A DNA stretch of 64,000 nucleotides from Eledone cirrhosa. Lineage: Eukaryota. The stretch is taken from positions 7,440,001 to 7,504,000 of the forward strand of contig OZ024752.1 of the NCBI GenBank assembly GCA_964016885.1. Reading direction: 5' to 3'. Position numbers and translations under genes: made by a program. Shown here one piece after another: positions 40,986 to 54,573 of the stretch; position 1 is the first letter of the stretch, and the number at the start of each line of letters is the position of its first letter. Below the pieces are notes generated by a model. It was not told the DNA's origin, searched no databases, and saw only the letters and a program-made list of their open reading frames with translations.

Positions 40986-42220
40986 ATGGGTAGAAATAAC
41001 AGAATTGCCATGGTGATATCCATCGATGAAGTATGCGACAAAACTGGTCGATGTCCAAAAATAGAACATTGCCCGGAAGATCACACCTGCCATATCTGTA
41101 CGGAACCCGAAAACTCGTTCCGTAATCGTTGGGTCGAATGTGGAACCTGTCGCATCTCTGTCTGCCTTCAATGCGCCACAGGCTTCCGGAAGATCCCAGA
41201 CCAAAATAAGAAACATCATATTGCTACGATGGATAGACTCTGGGAGATGGTCCAGCTAACAAACTGGTCCTTTCAGTGCCTGGACTGTATGCCTGCTTCT
41301 CCCATTGCTGCGGAACAACAACAACAACAAAGACCGAAGATCGTGTCTTCTACCATTGTTCCTGAGCAACAACAACAAAAACCGAGGATCGTGTCTTCCT
41401 CTACCATTGTCCCTGAACAACAGCAAAAACCAACGACCGTAGCTTCTGCTACTACCCCTGTTGAAGGACTTCATCAACAACAGCAACCCATGTCTTCCTC
41501 ACCGTTACTTTTCAACAACAACAACTGACGACTGTGTCTTCTACCATGCCTGTTGAAGGAGAAGAACAACAACAAAAACCGACCGTCAATACGGAGTTTG
41601 AGGAAATACGGCCAATGATTTCCGCTTTAAGTCAAGAAATAGCGGAAATAAAATCAAGCGTTCGTGTAGAACCCCACAATGAGGGATCTTACCGGAGTGC
41701 CTTGTTAAAAAATCTCTGCGTACCTCATGTTGAACCTAGACGCATTGAGAATGCCACTGAATCTGCAAACCACGAAGTGATTGCCATTGGTGTGCAGGAA
41801 GACATAGTTGATCTTCAGGCATTTGCTGCCAGCTCATCCAAAGACCTGGGCTGTGCTCCCGCAAAGGGTGTTCTACGCCTTGGCCGGCCAGGCCCGAAAC
41901 CCAGGTTAATTAGACTGTCATTTTCAAACTCAACTGGGGCACGTTCGTACCTTGTAGCCTCTGATAAAGCTAGGCGTGAAAGTCGGATTGCTTTCCAAAC
42001 ACGTCCTGGTCTTCCACCTGATGTCCACCCAAAGTTGCGTGCTGCAGCTTCCCTAAACCGCAGCTCGGCAGAACATGAAAGCTTCAGCCTACGAGATGAT
42101 GGGCAGATATGGAAGTTTGTTAAGGCTGGCGAATCATGGAAAAGAGACACCAGCTGGTCTGAAAACACTGTACCCACAACAACTGACAATAAAGAAACTG
42201 AAAAAACTCTGGGAAACTAA
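40986..42220 (+). pseudogene. LINE ORF1 (PHD-like Cys finger, Q-rich repeats), broken by one frameshift near 41500
   Basis: CxxC..CxxC..CxxC..CxxC spacing; the QQQQ(K/R)P..VSS repeat continues in the 41534-42220 frame; tcttcctcaccg lacks one base relative to the sister repeat tcttcctctacca. Confidence 0.75.
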
Positions 42221-45039
42221 ATCAGAACAACCTGCCATCCCCTGCACATAATCATAGACTGGAATCAAAGTACAAACTGTTGTCCTTGAATGCACGTAGT
42301 CTATGCAATAAGATTCATCTTTTTGACTCCTACGTCAAAAGTATCAACCCGGACTTCATTACAGTCACGGAAACTTGGGCACATCCCTTACTCTGTGATG
42401 GGGTTTTCAGCATGACTGGCTACAACCTGTTTCGTAAAGACCGTATTAATCATCGTGGTGGTGGTGTAATGGTCTACGTTCGGTCAAATCTGTCGGCAAT
42501 TCCTTGTGCTGATTTGAACCAATCACAGCAGGAAGTTTTTTTCTGCGATATACGTATGACCATGTCAACACTGCTACTTGGAGTCATTTACCGTCCCCCA
42601 AATTACCATCAGGACACTCAACTTTGTGATATCCTCAGAGCTGTTGCCAGGAAGACAGCCACTTATGTTTTCATTGCAGGTGACTTCAATCACCCTGAGA
42701 TTGACTGGGAGACCTTTCGTTGGCCGCCAAGTGCAAATGACTTCCTTGAGCTGGTGCTGGAGTCGAGTTGGTCCCAGGTGGTCACCTCCCCAACGAGAGG
42801 TGACAACACTTTGGAGCTACTCTTCACCACTACTCCTGAAACGGTCATTAGTGTTACTGCTGAGGAACCTTTAGGGGACTCTGATCATGCTATGATCATT
42901 GCCAATCTATCCCTCATGGGCAGTAACAAGAACCACAACCATCTCCAAACTGCTCACTTTGACAGGAATAAAGCAGACTGGAACTGTTACTGCACCGAGT
43001 TGCAACGGCCAAACTGGCTTGAGTTCTATGACTCTGGAGATGTCAACACTGTACTCCAGAACATCCTGAGCTCAATATGGACAGCATGTGCAACATCGGT
43101 GCCACGTAAGCGGAAAAAACATCCCAAAAGCGCAATTTGGGAGACTGCAGCAGTCCGTCTTGCCAGAAAAGAACGGCGCAATGCTGAACGTGAGTACAAA
43201 CTTCACAAATCAGACATTAATAGGAAGAGGCGAAATAGATCGTCCAACCACCTCAAACAGGTGACAAAAAAGGCAGTGCTTCAATTTGAGCAGCACATAG
43301 CAACCAGCCCTGACAGTGAGGTGTTCTGGAAGTATGTTCACTCAAAGCAGAGGCCTCACTCTCCAGTTGGTCCTCTTCGCAATCCCCACACAAGCCAGGT
43401 TACTGACAACCCCAAGGAATGCGCAGAGCTCATTGCTGAATGCTATGCAGGCATTTTCACTATTGAAGACCAGAGTGTACCATCTCCACCACCTATGACA
43501 CCGGACTCTATTACAACCATGGAATTTACACCTGCAATGCTGCGACGTCACCTAAAAAATAAACGCAACCATGCCTCTCCTGGTCTTGATGGTGTTACGT
43601 ACCTGCTTCTTAAACGTGGTGGGTACTTCCTTCTACACCAGTTATCACGCTTCTTCCAATTCTGTCTGAACAACAGTGCTACTCCAGAACAGTGGAAAAC
43701 TGCCAGTGTCATTCCTCTGTTCAAAAAGGGTGACCGCACATCACCTGTGAACTATCGTCCAGTCAGTCTTACTAGTTGCATCGCCAAACTGATGGAATCC
43801 TGTGTCAGAGAAACACTTTGGAACTTCTGCAGCTCTCACAGTCTTATCCGGCCCTCGCAATTTGGATTTATCCCCAACTCCAGCTGCTGTGATCAACTTA
43901 TAGAGTTTCTTGAGGACATCACCCGGATCACTGATGGCGGCTCATGGGTGGATGTTGTTTACCTTGACTTTGCGAAGGCCTTCAATTCTGTGCCACACAA
44001 AAGGCTTATGGCAAAACTCTTTGCAATGGGTGTGAAGGATGATCTTTTTAACTGGTTGAAGTCCTTCATTCTCAGTCGAAGAGAGGTAGTCACGGTTCTG
44101 GGACAGCATTCCTCACCATATGAGATGTCATCTGGTGTACCTCAGGGATCTGTTCTTGGCCCCCTTTTGTTTGTGGCATATATTGATGACATAGATGCCA
44201 ACTTAAGGAATGCCACAGTACTAAAGTACGCAGACGACATCAAGCTGTACCTTGAGATAAAAAGGACAGATCCTGAACACTATAGATCTTGCTTGCAGTC
44301 TGACCTGGACACAATGCAACAGTGGATCTCAGACTGGCAACTCAAGCTAGCTGTGGACAAGTGCACCACCATGCATTTTGGGAGTAAAAACCCAGCGTCC
44401 ACATACTCCCTCCACAGCACTAATATCAAGAAGTCTTCCTGTGAACGTGACCTGGGCATTACGGTCAGCAGCGATTTGCGTTGGACGAGGCACGTCTCTA
44501 AAATTGTCAAGAGGGCCGAGGGTGTCTTAGCATCACTCAGCAAGACCTTTGTCAGCCGCTCTGCAGATATCTATTTAAGGCTGTATACAGCTATGGTGCG
44601 ACCACACTTAGAATTTGCATCACCAGTCTGGAACCCCTATCTTGCTCAGGACATTGACCGCCTGGAAACTGTTCAGAGACGTGCAACCAAGCGAATACCC
44701 TCCATCAGGCATCTACCATACTCTGAGCGCCTTGCTTCCCTGGGCATGGATTCATTGAAGCTCCGACGCCTGGCAACTGACTTGGTAAACACCCACAAAA
44801 TTGTTAACCATGTTGCCAACAACAACCCTGAGTACCTTTTCTATTTCCATGTGTCTAACACACGTGGACATGCCCACAAAGTAAGAAAACAGCACAGTTC
44901 CCATGACTTTCGGAAACATTTTTTCACGCTCAGAGTTGCTGAAGCATGGAACAAACTACCTACATCAGTTGTTAGCTGTCGAGACACTGCATCCTTTAAG
45001 GCCTCCATGCTTCCCGAGATCCGCCAACAGAACAGCTAA
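42202..45039 (+). CDS. LINE ORF2: AP endonuclease + reverse transcriptase (open, no upstream ATG)
   Basis: SLNARS, ETW, GDFN, SDH (APE); NYRPVSLTS, YLDFAKAF, GVPQGSVLGPLLF, YADD, ERDLG, CR1-type C-terminus VRPHLEF..VWNP. Confidence 0.92.
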   Translation, partial: KNSGKLNQNNLPSPAHNHRLESKYKLLSLNARSLCNKIHLFDSYVKSINPDFITVTETWAHPLLCDGVFSMTGYNLFRKDRINHRGGGVMVYVRSNLSAIPCADLNQSQQEVFFCDIRMTMSTLLLGVIYRPPNYHQDTQLCDILRAVARKTATYVFIAGDFNHPEIDWETFRWPPSANDFLELVLESSWSQVVTSPTRGDNTLELLFTTTPETVISVTAEEPLGDSDHAMIIANLSLMGSNKNHNHLQTAHFDRNKADWNCYCTELQRPNWLEFYDSGDVNTVLQNILSSIWTACATSVPRKRKKHPKSAIWETAAVRLARKERRNAEREYKLHKSDINRKRRNRSSNHLKQVTKKAVLQFEQHIATSPDSEVFWKYVHSKQRPHSPVGPLRNPHTSQVTDNPKECAELIAECYAGIFTIEDQSVPSPPPMTPDSITTMEFTPAMLRRHLKNKRNHASPGLDGVTYLLLKRGGYFLLHQLSRFFQFCLNNSATPEQWKTASVIPLFKKGDRTSPVNYRPVSLTSCIAKLMESCVRETLWNFCSSHSLIRPSQFGFIPNSSCCDQLIEFLEDITRITDGGSWVDVVYLDFAKAFNSVPHKRLMAKLFAMGVKDDLFNWLKSFILSRREVVTVLGQHSSPYEMSSGVPQGSVLGPLLFVAYIDDIDANLRNATVLKYADDIKLYLEIKRTDPEHYRSCLQSDLDTMQQWISDWQLKLAVDKCTTMHFGSKNPASTYSLHSTNIKKSSCERDLGITVSSDLRWTRHVSKIVKRAEGVLASLSKTFVSRSADIYLRLYTAMVRPHLEFASPVWNPYLAQDIDRLETVQRRATKRIPSIRHLPYSERLASLGMDSLKLRRLATDLVNTHKIVNHVANNNPEYLFYFHVSNTRGHAHKVRKQHSSHDFRKHFFTLRVAEAWNKLPTSVVSCRDTASFKASMLPEIRQQNS

Positions 45040-45142
45040 CACATACACACATGTACTTCCCTGACATTTGTGTATTATTCTATGTACTATATTGACGAGT
45101 TGTAGTGCACCTGAGCACTTTACACAATAATTTCATTATTAT

Positions 45143-46290
45143 TATTATTACTACAATATCACACCACTGTGTTCCAATCATGTCTCTCTCTATATTACTA
45201 CAATGTCACACCACTGTGTTACAGTCTTGTCTCTCTCTATATTACTACAATATCACACCACTGTGTTACAGTCTTGTCTCTCCCTATATTACTACAATGT
45301 CACACCACTGTGTTACAGTCATGTCTCTCTCTATATTACTACAATATCACACCACTGTGTTCCAATCATGTCTCTCTCTATATTACTACAATGTCACACC
45401 ACTGTGTTACAGTCTTGTCTCTCTCTATATTACTACAATATCACACCACTGTGTTACAGTCTTGTCTCTCTCTATATTACTACAATATCACACCACTGTG
45501 TTCCAGTCATGTCTCTATATTACTACAATATCACACCACTGTGTTCCAGTCATGTCTCTCTCTATATTACTACAATATCACACCACTGTGTTACAGTCAT
45601 GTCTCTCTCTATATTACTACAATATCACACCACTGTGTTACAGTCATGTCTCTCTCTATATTACTACAGTATCACACCACTGTGTTACAGTCTTGTCTCT
45701 CTCTATATTACTACAATATCACACCACTGTGTTCCAGTCATGTCTCTCTCTATATTACTACAATATCACACCACTGTGTTCCAGTCATGTCTCTCTCTAT
45801 ATTACTACAATATCACACCACTGTGTTCCAGTCATGTCTCTCTCTATATTACTACAATATCACACCACTGTGTTACAGTCTTGTCTCTCTATATTACTAC
45901 AATATCACACCACTGTGTTCCAGTCATGTCTCTCTCTATATTACTACAATATCACACCACTGTGTTCCAGTCATGTCTCTCTCTATATTACTACAATATC
46001 ACACCACTGTGTTCCAGTCATGTCTCTATATTACTACAATATCACACCACTGTGTCACAGTCTTGTATCTCTCTATATTACTAAAATATCACACCACTGT
46101 GTTCCAGTCATGTCTCTATATTACTACAATATCACACCACTGTGTTCCAGTCATGTCTCTCTCTATATTACTACAATATCACACCACTGTGTCACAGTCT
46201 TGTATCTCTCTATATTACTACAATATCACACCACTGTGTTCCAGTCTTGTCTCTATATTACTACAATATCACACCACTGTGTTCCAGTCT
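45143..46290 (+). repeat. 43/47-bp satellite resumed after the LINE (~25 units)
   Basis: The LINE (ATT)n tail runs directly into tattactacaatatcacacc. Confidence 0.97.
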
Positions 46291-46436
46291 GCTGTCTCTT
46301 TGGAATGCCTGTGTCTTGGGTTTGTCATCAAGGACATATTCTAGGCCATGGTGGTACCACTATACCACCTGATATCCTTACTGTCCCCTATTTGTATTTT
46401 CCTAAATGTTCTCAGCCTGAGTTGGCCAATAAAGAA

Positions 46437-46660
<224 letters not shown>

Positions 46661-46693
46661 TATCTAATCTCTTCAATATTCTCTCCTTCACAG

Positions 46694-46802
46694 TTTTGGG
46701 AAGTCATCTCTGATGAACATGGCATTGATCCCACTGGTTCCTATCACGGTGACAATGACCTTCAACTGGAGAGAATCAACGTTTATTTTACTGAAGCATC
46801 AG
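46694..46802 (+). CDS. TUBB: Beta-tubulin, second coding exon (109 nt; not called in the ORF track)
   Basis: cag|TTTTGG...TCAG|gtacaa; encodes [36 protein letters not shown](G). Confidence 0.95.
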
Positions 46803-47719
46803 GTACAAATCACAATCTCTTTTGTCTCCATATCAATATGTCTACATGTCTACATGTCAACATCTCTACATGTCTACATGTCAACATCTCTACATGTGTT
46901 ATGATACACAAATTATTAAAATAGTAGATTAAATCCCTTCTGTTATTTGCTACATTCTTGAGTTCCAAGACTCAATTTTCTCCCAAGACTCTAGAAAACG
47001 TCCCTGAGTGGTTCTGCTTTGAAGATTGTGAAAACAATGTGAGTAACAGTTGCAAGTAAGACTCCCAGATGGCACACTTGTGACACAACAGGCCACCTGC
47101 CCAGGTGCTATACATATTGTAGAGCAGGTAAGAAGCCCAGGTGCTACCCTTGTGGTAGAGCAGGCCACCTGCCAGGATAAACTCTGTCTTTTGTCCTTTA
47201 GGGACACAATAATTAAAATAGCCAGCCAAGGTAGTAAGTACTTTGGCAGGGCTGTTAATACAACAGGTGTGATGCCTTGTGGTATCTATTTCAGCCATTT
47301 GCATCACAGGTTCCAACTTGTAATTGCCATTGCCTGTTTTTTGTTTTGTTTTGTTTTTGTATAACACATTGATGGTGTGAAGAGAGAAGGCTGGTATGTG
47401 TGTATGTATGTATGTATGTATCTATGTGTGTATGTATGTATGTATGTATCTGTGTGTATGTATACGTTGGGACATGTGTTTGTTGTTATTTTTATTGTTG
47501 TTGGTGTTGTTGTCAATCCTGATCGAGCAAAACTTATGATTGTTTTTATTTTTTTTATTTTTCAGGTATTTCAGGTATAGTATACCCTGGAGTACATTAT
47601 CCAAGGTGTCCTATTTTAAAACAGTAGGGTGTGGTTTTCTTTTGTGTGTGTGTGGAGGTGAGGGACATTTGGCTATTGTTTCTGGTAAGTCAGACAACAA
47701 CATAGAAGTTCTCCCACTG

Positions 47720-47890
47720 GCTTAATTGTGTTCAATATTTCACAAAGGGGAGTTCAATATCTCACAAAGGGGAGTTCAATATTTCATAAAGGGGGGCTCG
47801 ATATTTTACAAAGGGGAGTTCTATTTTTCGCAAAGGATGGGTCAATATTTCACGGGTGGTTGTGGGGCATCCTTATTTCACAAAGGGGTT
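47720..47890. repeat. Degenerate ~21-bp minisatellite (caatatttcacaaaggggagtt)
   Basis: Direct recurrence. Confidence 0.7.
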
Positions 47891-48529
47891 TTCTATGAAA
47901 ACATTCTGAGGTTCTACAAAATAACATTTTTAATAGAATTTAATACAAACAATTATTGCATGGTTTGGGGGGGTTTTTTGTTTTTTTTTATGAATAAATT
48001 TTCTCTGTAAGACTTTAAAAACATATTTTTTCATCTACTGCCATAACAAAATTAGGATGGCGGCAATTGTTTGTAACAAATATAAGTTTAGGTTTCACAA
48101 TTTTAGAACTCAGAGAATTGTTTTTAGCCCCCAGCTAAGCCTGGCTAAACATATCTATGATAAAAAGGCTTCCTTCCATGACCACCCTTAATTGTTCAAA
48201 TATTATATCTCAGACTACCTTATTCAATGGAATATGTCCTTTAGTATTTATAAGATGGTAGGGTGTAATTAGCTACTATTTTTAGGAAGTCAAGTGGCCC
48301 TGTTTCTGTTAGCTCATTAGCTCGTAACTAGACAACCATCCTCAGAATTATAAGCCCATTACTTAAATACCTCCCCACCATAAACCTCTGATCTGGCCGG
48401 AATGTATATATGATAAGTTAGAACCCTTAAGATTCTTACCCCTGCAGTTGTCTGTCTCGGCTTCACAACTCCCCGACTTTAACCCTGTTCTAACTCATCT
48501 CAGACTGTCTCTGCTTCTTTCATACATGA

Positions 48530-48895
48530 ACTCATGTATAAGACTCTTCTTTGATACAGAACTGTCATGTACACTCATGTATAAGACTCTTCTTTGATAC
48601 AGAACTGCCATATATACTCATGTATAAGACACATATTTGATAGGCAACTGCCATGTATACTCATGAATAAGACTCCTCTTTGATAGAGAACTGCCATGTA
48701 CACTCATGTATAAGACACATCTTTGATAGAGAACTGCCATGTACATTCATGAATAAGACTCTTCTTTGATACAGAACTGCCATGTACACTCATGAATAAG
48801 AGTCATCTTTAATACAGAACTGTCATATATACTCATGTATAAGACTCTACTCCTCTTTGATGCAGAACTGCCATATATACACTGGTGTATAAGAC
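48530..48895. repeat. 43-bp minisatellite (actcatgtataagactcttctttgatacagaactgccatgtac), ~8 copies, in a tubulin intron
   Basis: Direct recurrence. Confidence 0.9.
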
Positions 48896-49406
48896 TTCTA
48901 GCTCGGTGTCTACCCCTGGGTCTCTTGCCCGCTGGTTTTTTCCCAACCTATAATCGGTAATTTATTGACTTTAGGGAAATAAAAAATAAGGATGATTCTA
49001 GTAAAGTTTGGAGAGAAGAAAACCAAATTTGATGTCAGTTAACGTAATTTAAATTCTGAATGTTGAAAGTTGAAAGTAGTCTATACCGTATTTACCTCCC
49101 TTGAATTGAATAATGAAATAGTTTGGCCAAGGGAAATAATCAATTTGTTAGTGGTTAGTAATACACACACACACACATATATATACTCTCGGATCTCGAA
49201 TACCCCCCTCCCCCCACTTATTAATTTTTTAAATAAATGTTCGGTAAATCCATACGTACATATATATATATATATGTGTGTGCATGTATGTATATATATA
49301 CATACTACTGTACGTCTGTATACATATATGTATGTACGTATACATACTTAGATTTAAGTAACAGCTGTACTAAGAGTGAGAAATGAAACTTCGTTTCATT
49401 TTTTCC

Positions 49407-49445
<39 letters not shown>

Positions 49446-49450
49446 CATAG

Positions 49451-49493
<43 letters not shown>

Positions 49494-49830
49494 TATGGAG
49501 GCACATGGCTTAGTGGTTAGAGCAATTGAAAGGTTGTGAGTTCAATTCTCAGACCGGGTGATGTGTTGTTTCCTTGAGCAAGACACTTTATTTCACATTG
49601 CTCCAGTTTACTCAGCTGTAGAAATGAGATGATAGGGACTGGGGTCCCTATCATTCCACTGTAAAGTGGTCGTGGAGGTGCCATGGCAAAAAAGCACCCA
49701 GCACTCACTGTAAACGAGGTTGGTGTTAGGAAGGGCATCTAGCTGTAGAAGTCAAGCCAGAATCAGTTCCCGTCTCACCCTTGCAAGCAGGGAGAGGCAG
49801 ACGTAAAATAATGATGATGATGATGATGAT
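49494..49830 (+). mobile_element. SINE family B
   Basis: Matches the reverse complement of 7458-7805. Confidence 0.85.
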
Positions 49831-49962
49831 GTGTATGCATAACTACATTTAATTTTGCATGAATGTATATCTGCCTGTAAGTGTGGAGTGTATATACACA
49901 CATACACATAATACAGCCCCCCCTTCACAATTTGTTCTTATCTCGTCTTCTTTCTTACCTAG

Positions 49963-50318
49963 GCGGAAAATATGTCCCACGTGCAATCATGGTTGATTTG
50001 GAACCTGGTACAATGGATTCAGTCCGTTCTGGCCCTTTTGGTCAAATATTCCGACCAGATAACTTTGTCTTTGGACAAAGTGGTGCAGGAAACAACTGGG
50101 CGAAAGGTCACTACACAGAAGGTGCTGAACTTGTAGACTCTGTTTTAGATGTTTTGCGTAAAGAATGTGAAAGTTGCGATTGTCTTCAAGGATTCCAGAT
50201 GACGCACTCACTAGGAGGTGGTACTGGCTCTGGAATGGGTACTTTGCTTATCAGTAAAATTCGAGAAGAGTATCCTGATAGAATCATGAATACTTTTTCA
50301 GTGGTTCCCTCTCCAAAG
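49963..50318 (+). CDS. TUBB: Beta-tubulin, third coding exon
   Basis: tag|GCGGAAAA...CCAAAG|gtaaaa; [16 protein letters not shown]...GGGTGSG...VVPSPK; phase compatible with the previous exon. Confidence 0.97.
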
Positions 50319-50893
50319 GTAAAAATCTTATTTATTTTCAATTTAATCACTAAATCATTTTCCTTTTTTTTTTTTTACAAAATTCTCTTAAAATTATTTC
50401 TCAGATAAATAAAAAAAAAAACTAATGGGTAATCACCAATTTTTATGGTTTATATGTGTGAAATAGTCTTGTAAAAGATGATAAAACCTCTCTCTCTCTC
50501 TCTCTCTTTCTCTCTCTTCATTGGAAGTGTGGTTGTAAATATTTAGTGAAAAACAAAGAAGTGAGATTGATTTAAAAGTACCTGTGCCATACTGGGGCTT
50601 GATTCTTCCTTTATATCTTTTTATCACTTCCTCCCTCTCTCTCTCTCGCTGGCGTCATCACGAAATACTACTAGTGCACTCTGTAAACTGGTTAATGCAA
50701 GGAAGGTTATCCTGCCATAGAATTATGTCAAAAGGGAAACTATGGCTGGGGTGTGAATCACAGACATTTGTTGGAGGGCAATAATACTGAATAAGAACTG
50801 ATTGGGATTGTGATAATCTCTTTAGCTCGTGCCGAATAATGATGATAAAGATAAATAAAGTTTTATTCCTGGACTATCTGGTATATGTTAGCT

Positions 50894-51059
50894 CAGGGTT
50901 TCCCAAACCTTTTCAAACACAGAACCCTTTTGGTTCAGAAACTTTAAGGGGAACCCCAAAGTCTAATACTGTTTTATTGTTGTAATATAGATATACTCCT
51001 CTACCTTTTTACACAGAACGCTAGACACTTGTTTGTGGGACCCACTTTGGGAACCCCTG
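50894..51059. mobile_element. hAT-type MITE (~166 bp)
   Basis: TIRs cagggtttcccaaa / tttgggaacccctg; 8-bp TSD tgttagct / tattagct (7 of 8 match). Confidence 0.75.
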
Positions 51060-51241
51060 TATTAGCTACAATTCAATGAACTATGCAACATCTAGGACAA
51101 ATATCTTCTATATCTTAAGATCAGCTCTAATTTTAACAACAGTACCATCTTGATCTTTGGTGCCTTTTAGCAGAGTCCATCATTTGGAGCAGGTTTTCAG
51201 TATAAAGACAACTCAATATCTTGATTTGTAACTTACTACAG

Positions 51242-51443
51242 TAGTCCTGCCAACCTCTACACACCCAAACAGGGAATACCATGAAAAAAAGTGTTCCAAA
51301 ATGGACAGAAATTTGACAAAATGGGGAGATTTTACTTAACGAAAACTATACCCGTTTTCACAAGAGAAGACATCTCTCACCCTAACCTTAACCCTAAGTG
51401 GGTGGGAGATCTCCCTTTCAGACAGGGAAAGTTGACAAGTCTG
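51242..51443. mobile_element. Possible degenerate MITE
   Basis: Imperfect TIRs tagtcctgccaacc / agttgacaagtctg; ctacag on both flanks. Confidence 0.35.
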
Positions 51444-51670
51444 CTACAGAAATGGTACATGTCTGTTGAAGAGCAGCTTCATTCACCAATGATATAATAT
51501 GGCTGCAGGTTAGCTGTGTAAGGGAGGTAATTGACAGTTAAGATGAGATAATCTTAACCAGAACTGATTGAAGCCATCTTGGTCAATAGTATAGCTAAAG
51601 AAGAAGTTTCACCTTATTGAGTGGAGAGCAGAATAACACTTTAACAGTCTCCTACTACAGCCCCCTACTT

Positions 51671-51748
51671 AATAATAATAATAATGAAATTATTGTGTAC
51701 AGTGCTCAGGTGCACTACAATTCGTCAAAGGTGCATGTATAGTACATA
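51671..51748 (-). mobile_element. 5'-truncated CR1/L2-type LINE 3' end
   Basis: Reverse complement matches 45080-45147. Confidence 0.8.
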
Positions 51749-52023
51749 GTACAGTCCCCTACATAACAGTTTCCTACTACGGCCCCCTACAACTTATGGT
51801 TTCCTACTACAGCAAAGACACAATTGTTCTTGTTTTGTTTTTGTTTTACCTGGGGTAATATCTGATTATATTTCCTACACCTTCTCATTATTTCTATGTC
51901 CTGTTCTCCATGTTGGTATGAGGCAGATAAGACCTTTTCAGTCAATGTTCTAGACTGATGCCTTCTTTCACACCAGTCAAACGACACAACTGTGGCAGGA
52001 ATTTTTTTTGTGTGTCATAAACG

Positions 52024-52208
52024 TCAGTATCAGTAGAGGGTCGGACGCCATGCTTTGTAACATAGAGTTACGTCCCTTTACGTTCTGATTTCAAATCCCG
52101 CCGAGGTTAACTTTGCCTTTCATCCTTACGAGATCAATAAAATTAAGTACCAGTAATGTACTGGGGTAATTGCTGGCCTTGTGCCAAATGTAGAAACAAT
52201 TATTATTC
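52024..52208 (+). mobile_element. SINE family A
   Basis: Same head, core and tail as the other copies. Confidence 0.8.
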
Positions 52209-52251
52209 ACCCAGAAATATTTTTATAATTATGTATATATATATATTTTAA

Positions 52252-53097
<846 letters not shown>

Positions 53098-53230
53098 ATG
53101 TTCTTCCATAATCAATCAATCTTAAATCATATTTAATGTGAAATGTTTCTTGTCTTCAATATGAAAATGCTTCCACTACTAATTCTAAAATTCCTTGGTG
53201 TTGCAACGATATCTGTAATAACGTAAAATC

Positions 53231-53236
53231 AATAAA
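53231..53236 (+). promoter_or_regulatory. Candidate polyadenylation signal AATAAA for beta-tubulin
   Basis: First AATAAA, ~135 nt after the stop, followed by T/GT-rich sequence. Confidence 0.5.
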
Positions 53237-54132
53237 CTTTGAAAGTCAATCAAGATTATGTCTCATCGTTTGTCATTTGGTCTGTAATTCTCTTCCAATA
53301 AATTATATTTCAATCTCACATCGTTATATTTAACGATCAAACCTTTCCATTGAAATGTAAAACAAAGATAAGTTATTGAAAGCCATGACAATTCGAAATA
53401 AATAAAAAATAAAATTTATTCAATATTTCGGTTTTAATAAAATCTGATTGTCGATAATTAGGTTTTATTTTGTTGTTTTTTTAATTTGATGATCAATACT
53501 CCACCAACATGCTAAATTAGAACATAGGGCAAATTAGAGAACATAGAAATAAAAATAGAGTCTACACACAGAAAAGACGCAATGTTTAGACAAATCACAG
53601 AGGCAATAAACATAAATGAACTCCAACCAAAATTAAATAGAAAACATGAATGGAATAGCAACATCACAACTTACAATTAAGGACAAAATGAAAACACACA
53701 CACATAGAACAAACAACCGACCAGTAACATGTAAATAAACAAATAAATAAACAAATATAAACACACACAGACACCCGGATGTAACACATGTGCAAACTAA
53801 GCACGCAACACACACAAAAACAAGATGGCGTAGGACAGAACAAAGGAGAGAAACAAAGAAAAGAATCCCCGGTCACAGAATGTGTGATGAAAGAACTTTG
53901 ACAATATATGAACAACCGTCCGGGTATGGAACCAACCAACCGGAAATTTATAAATTCTTAAATTTATAAATTTAATTTATAATAAATTGGAGTGAATGCA
54001 ACTGGTGCGTGTGTTTCTTATTGGCAACATGACCCTACCAAAGCATAACAATATTGGTTTCAACACACATTTTCAGATAAAGAATCTTGCTAAACAAATT
54101 CAGAAACGAAATATATATATATATGTATATAT

Positions 54133-54483
54133 ATCATCATCATCATTTCATCATTTCATTTTACGTCCGCTTTTCTCTGCTTGCAAGGGTGGGACAGGAA
54201 CTGATTCTGGCTTGATTTCTACAGCTGGATGCCCTTCCTAACACCAACCTCATTTACAGTGACTGCTGGGTGCTTTTTTGCCGTGGCACCTCCACGACCA
54301 CTTTGCAGTGGAATGATATGGACCCCAGTCCCTATCATCGCATTTCTACAGCTGAGTAAACTGGAGCAATGTGAAATAAAGTGTCTTGCTCAAGGAAACA
54401 ACACATCACCTGGTCTGAGAATTGAACTCACAACCTTTCGATTGCAAGGCCAATGCTCTAACCACTAAGCCATGTGCCTCCAT
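54133..54483 (-). mobile_element. SINE family B
   Basis: Near-identical to 7458-7805. Confidence 0.85.
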
Positions 54484-54573
54484 ATATATATACATATATG
54501 TATATATGTATATATATACATATATGTATATATATATGTATATATGTATATATATATATATATGTAATATATG

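Larger units (their letters stand above)
40670..45147 (+). mobile_element. Near full-length CR1/L2-type non-LTR retrotransposon (5' boundary approximate)
   Basis: ORF1 with PHD-like finger, ORF2 with APE + RT, short 3' UTR ending in (ATT)n; truncated sister copies at 7119 and 51671. Confidence 0.9.

Noticed and set aside
46709-46720. CTGATGA in the tubulin exon as a hammerhead core
   Set aside because: It encodes S-D-E; no stem II/GAAA partner.
51378-51398. Telomere-like cctaaccttaaccctaa
   Set aside because: Only about three degenerate units inside a probable MITE.
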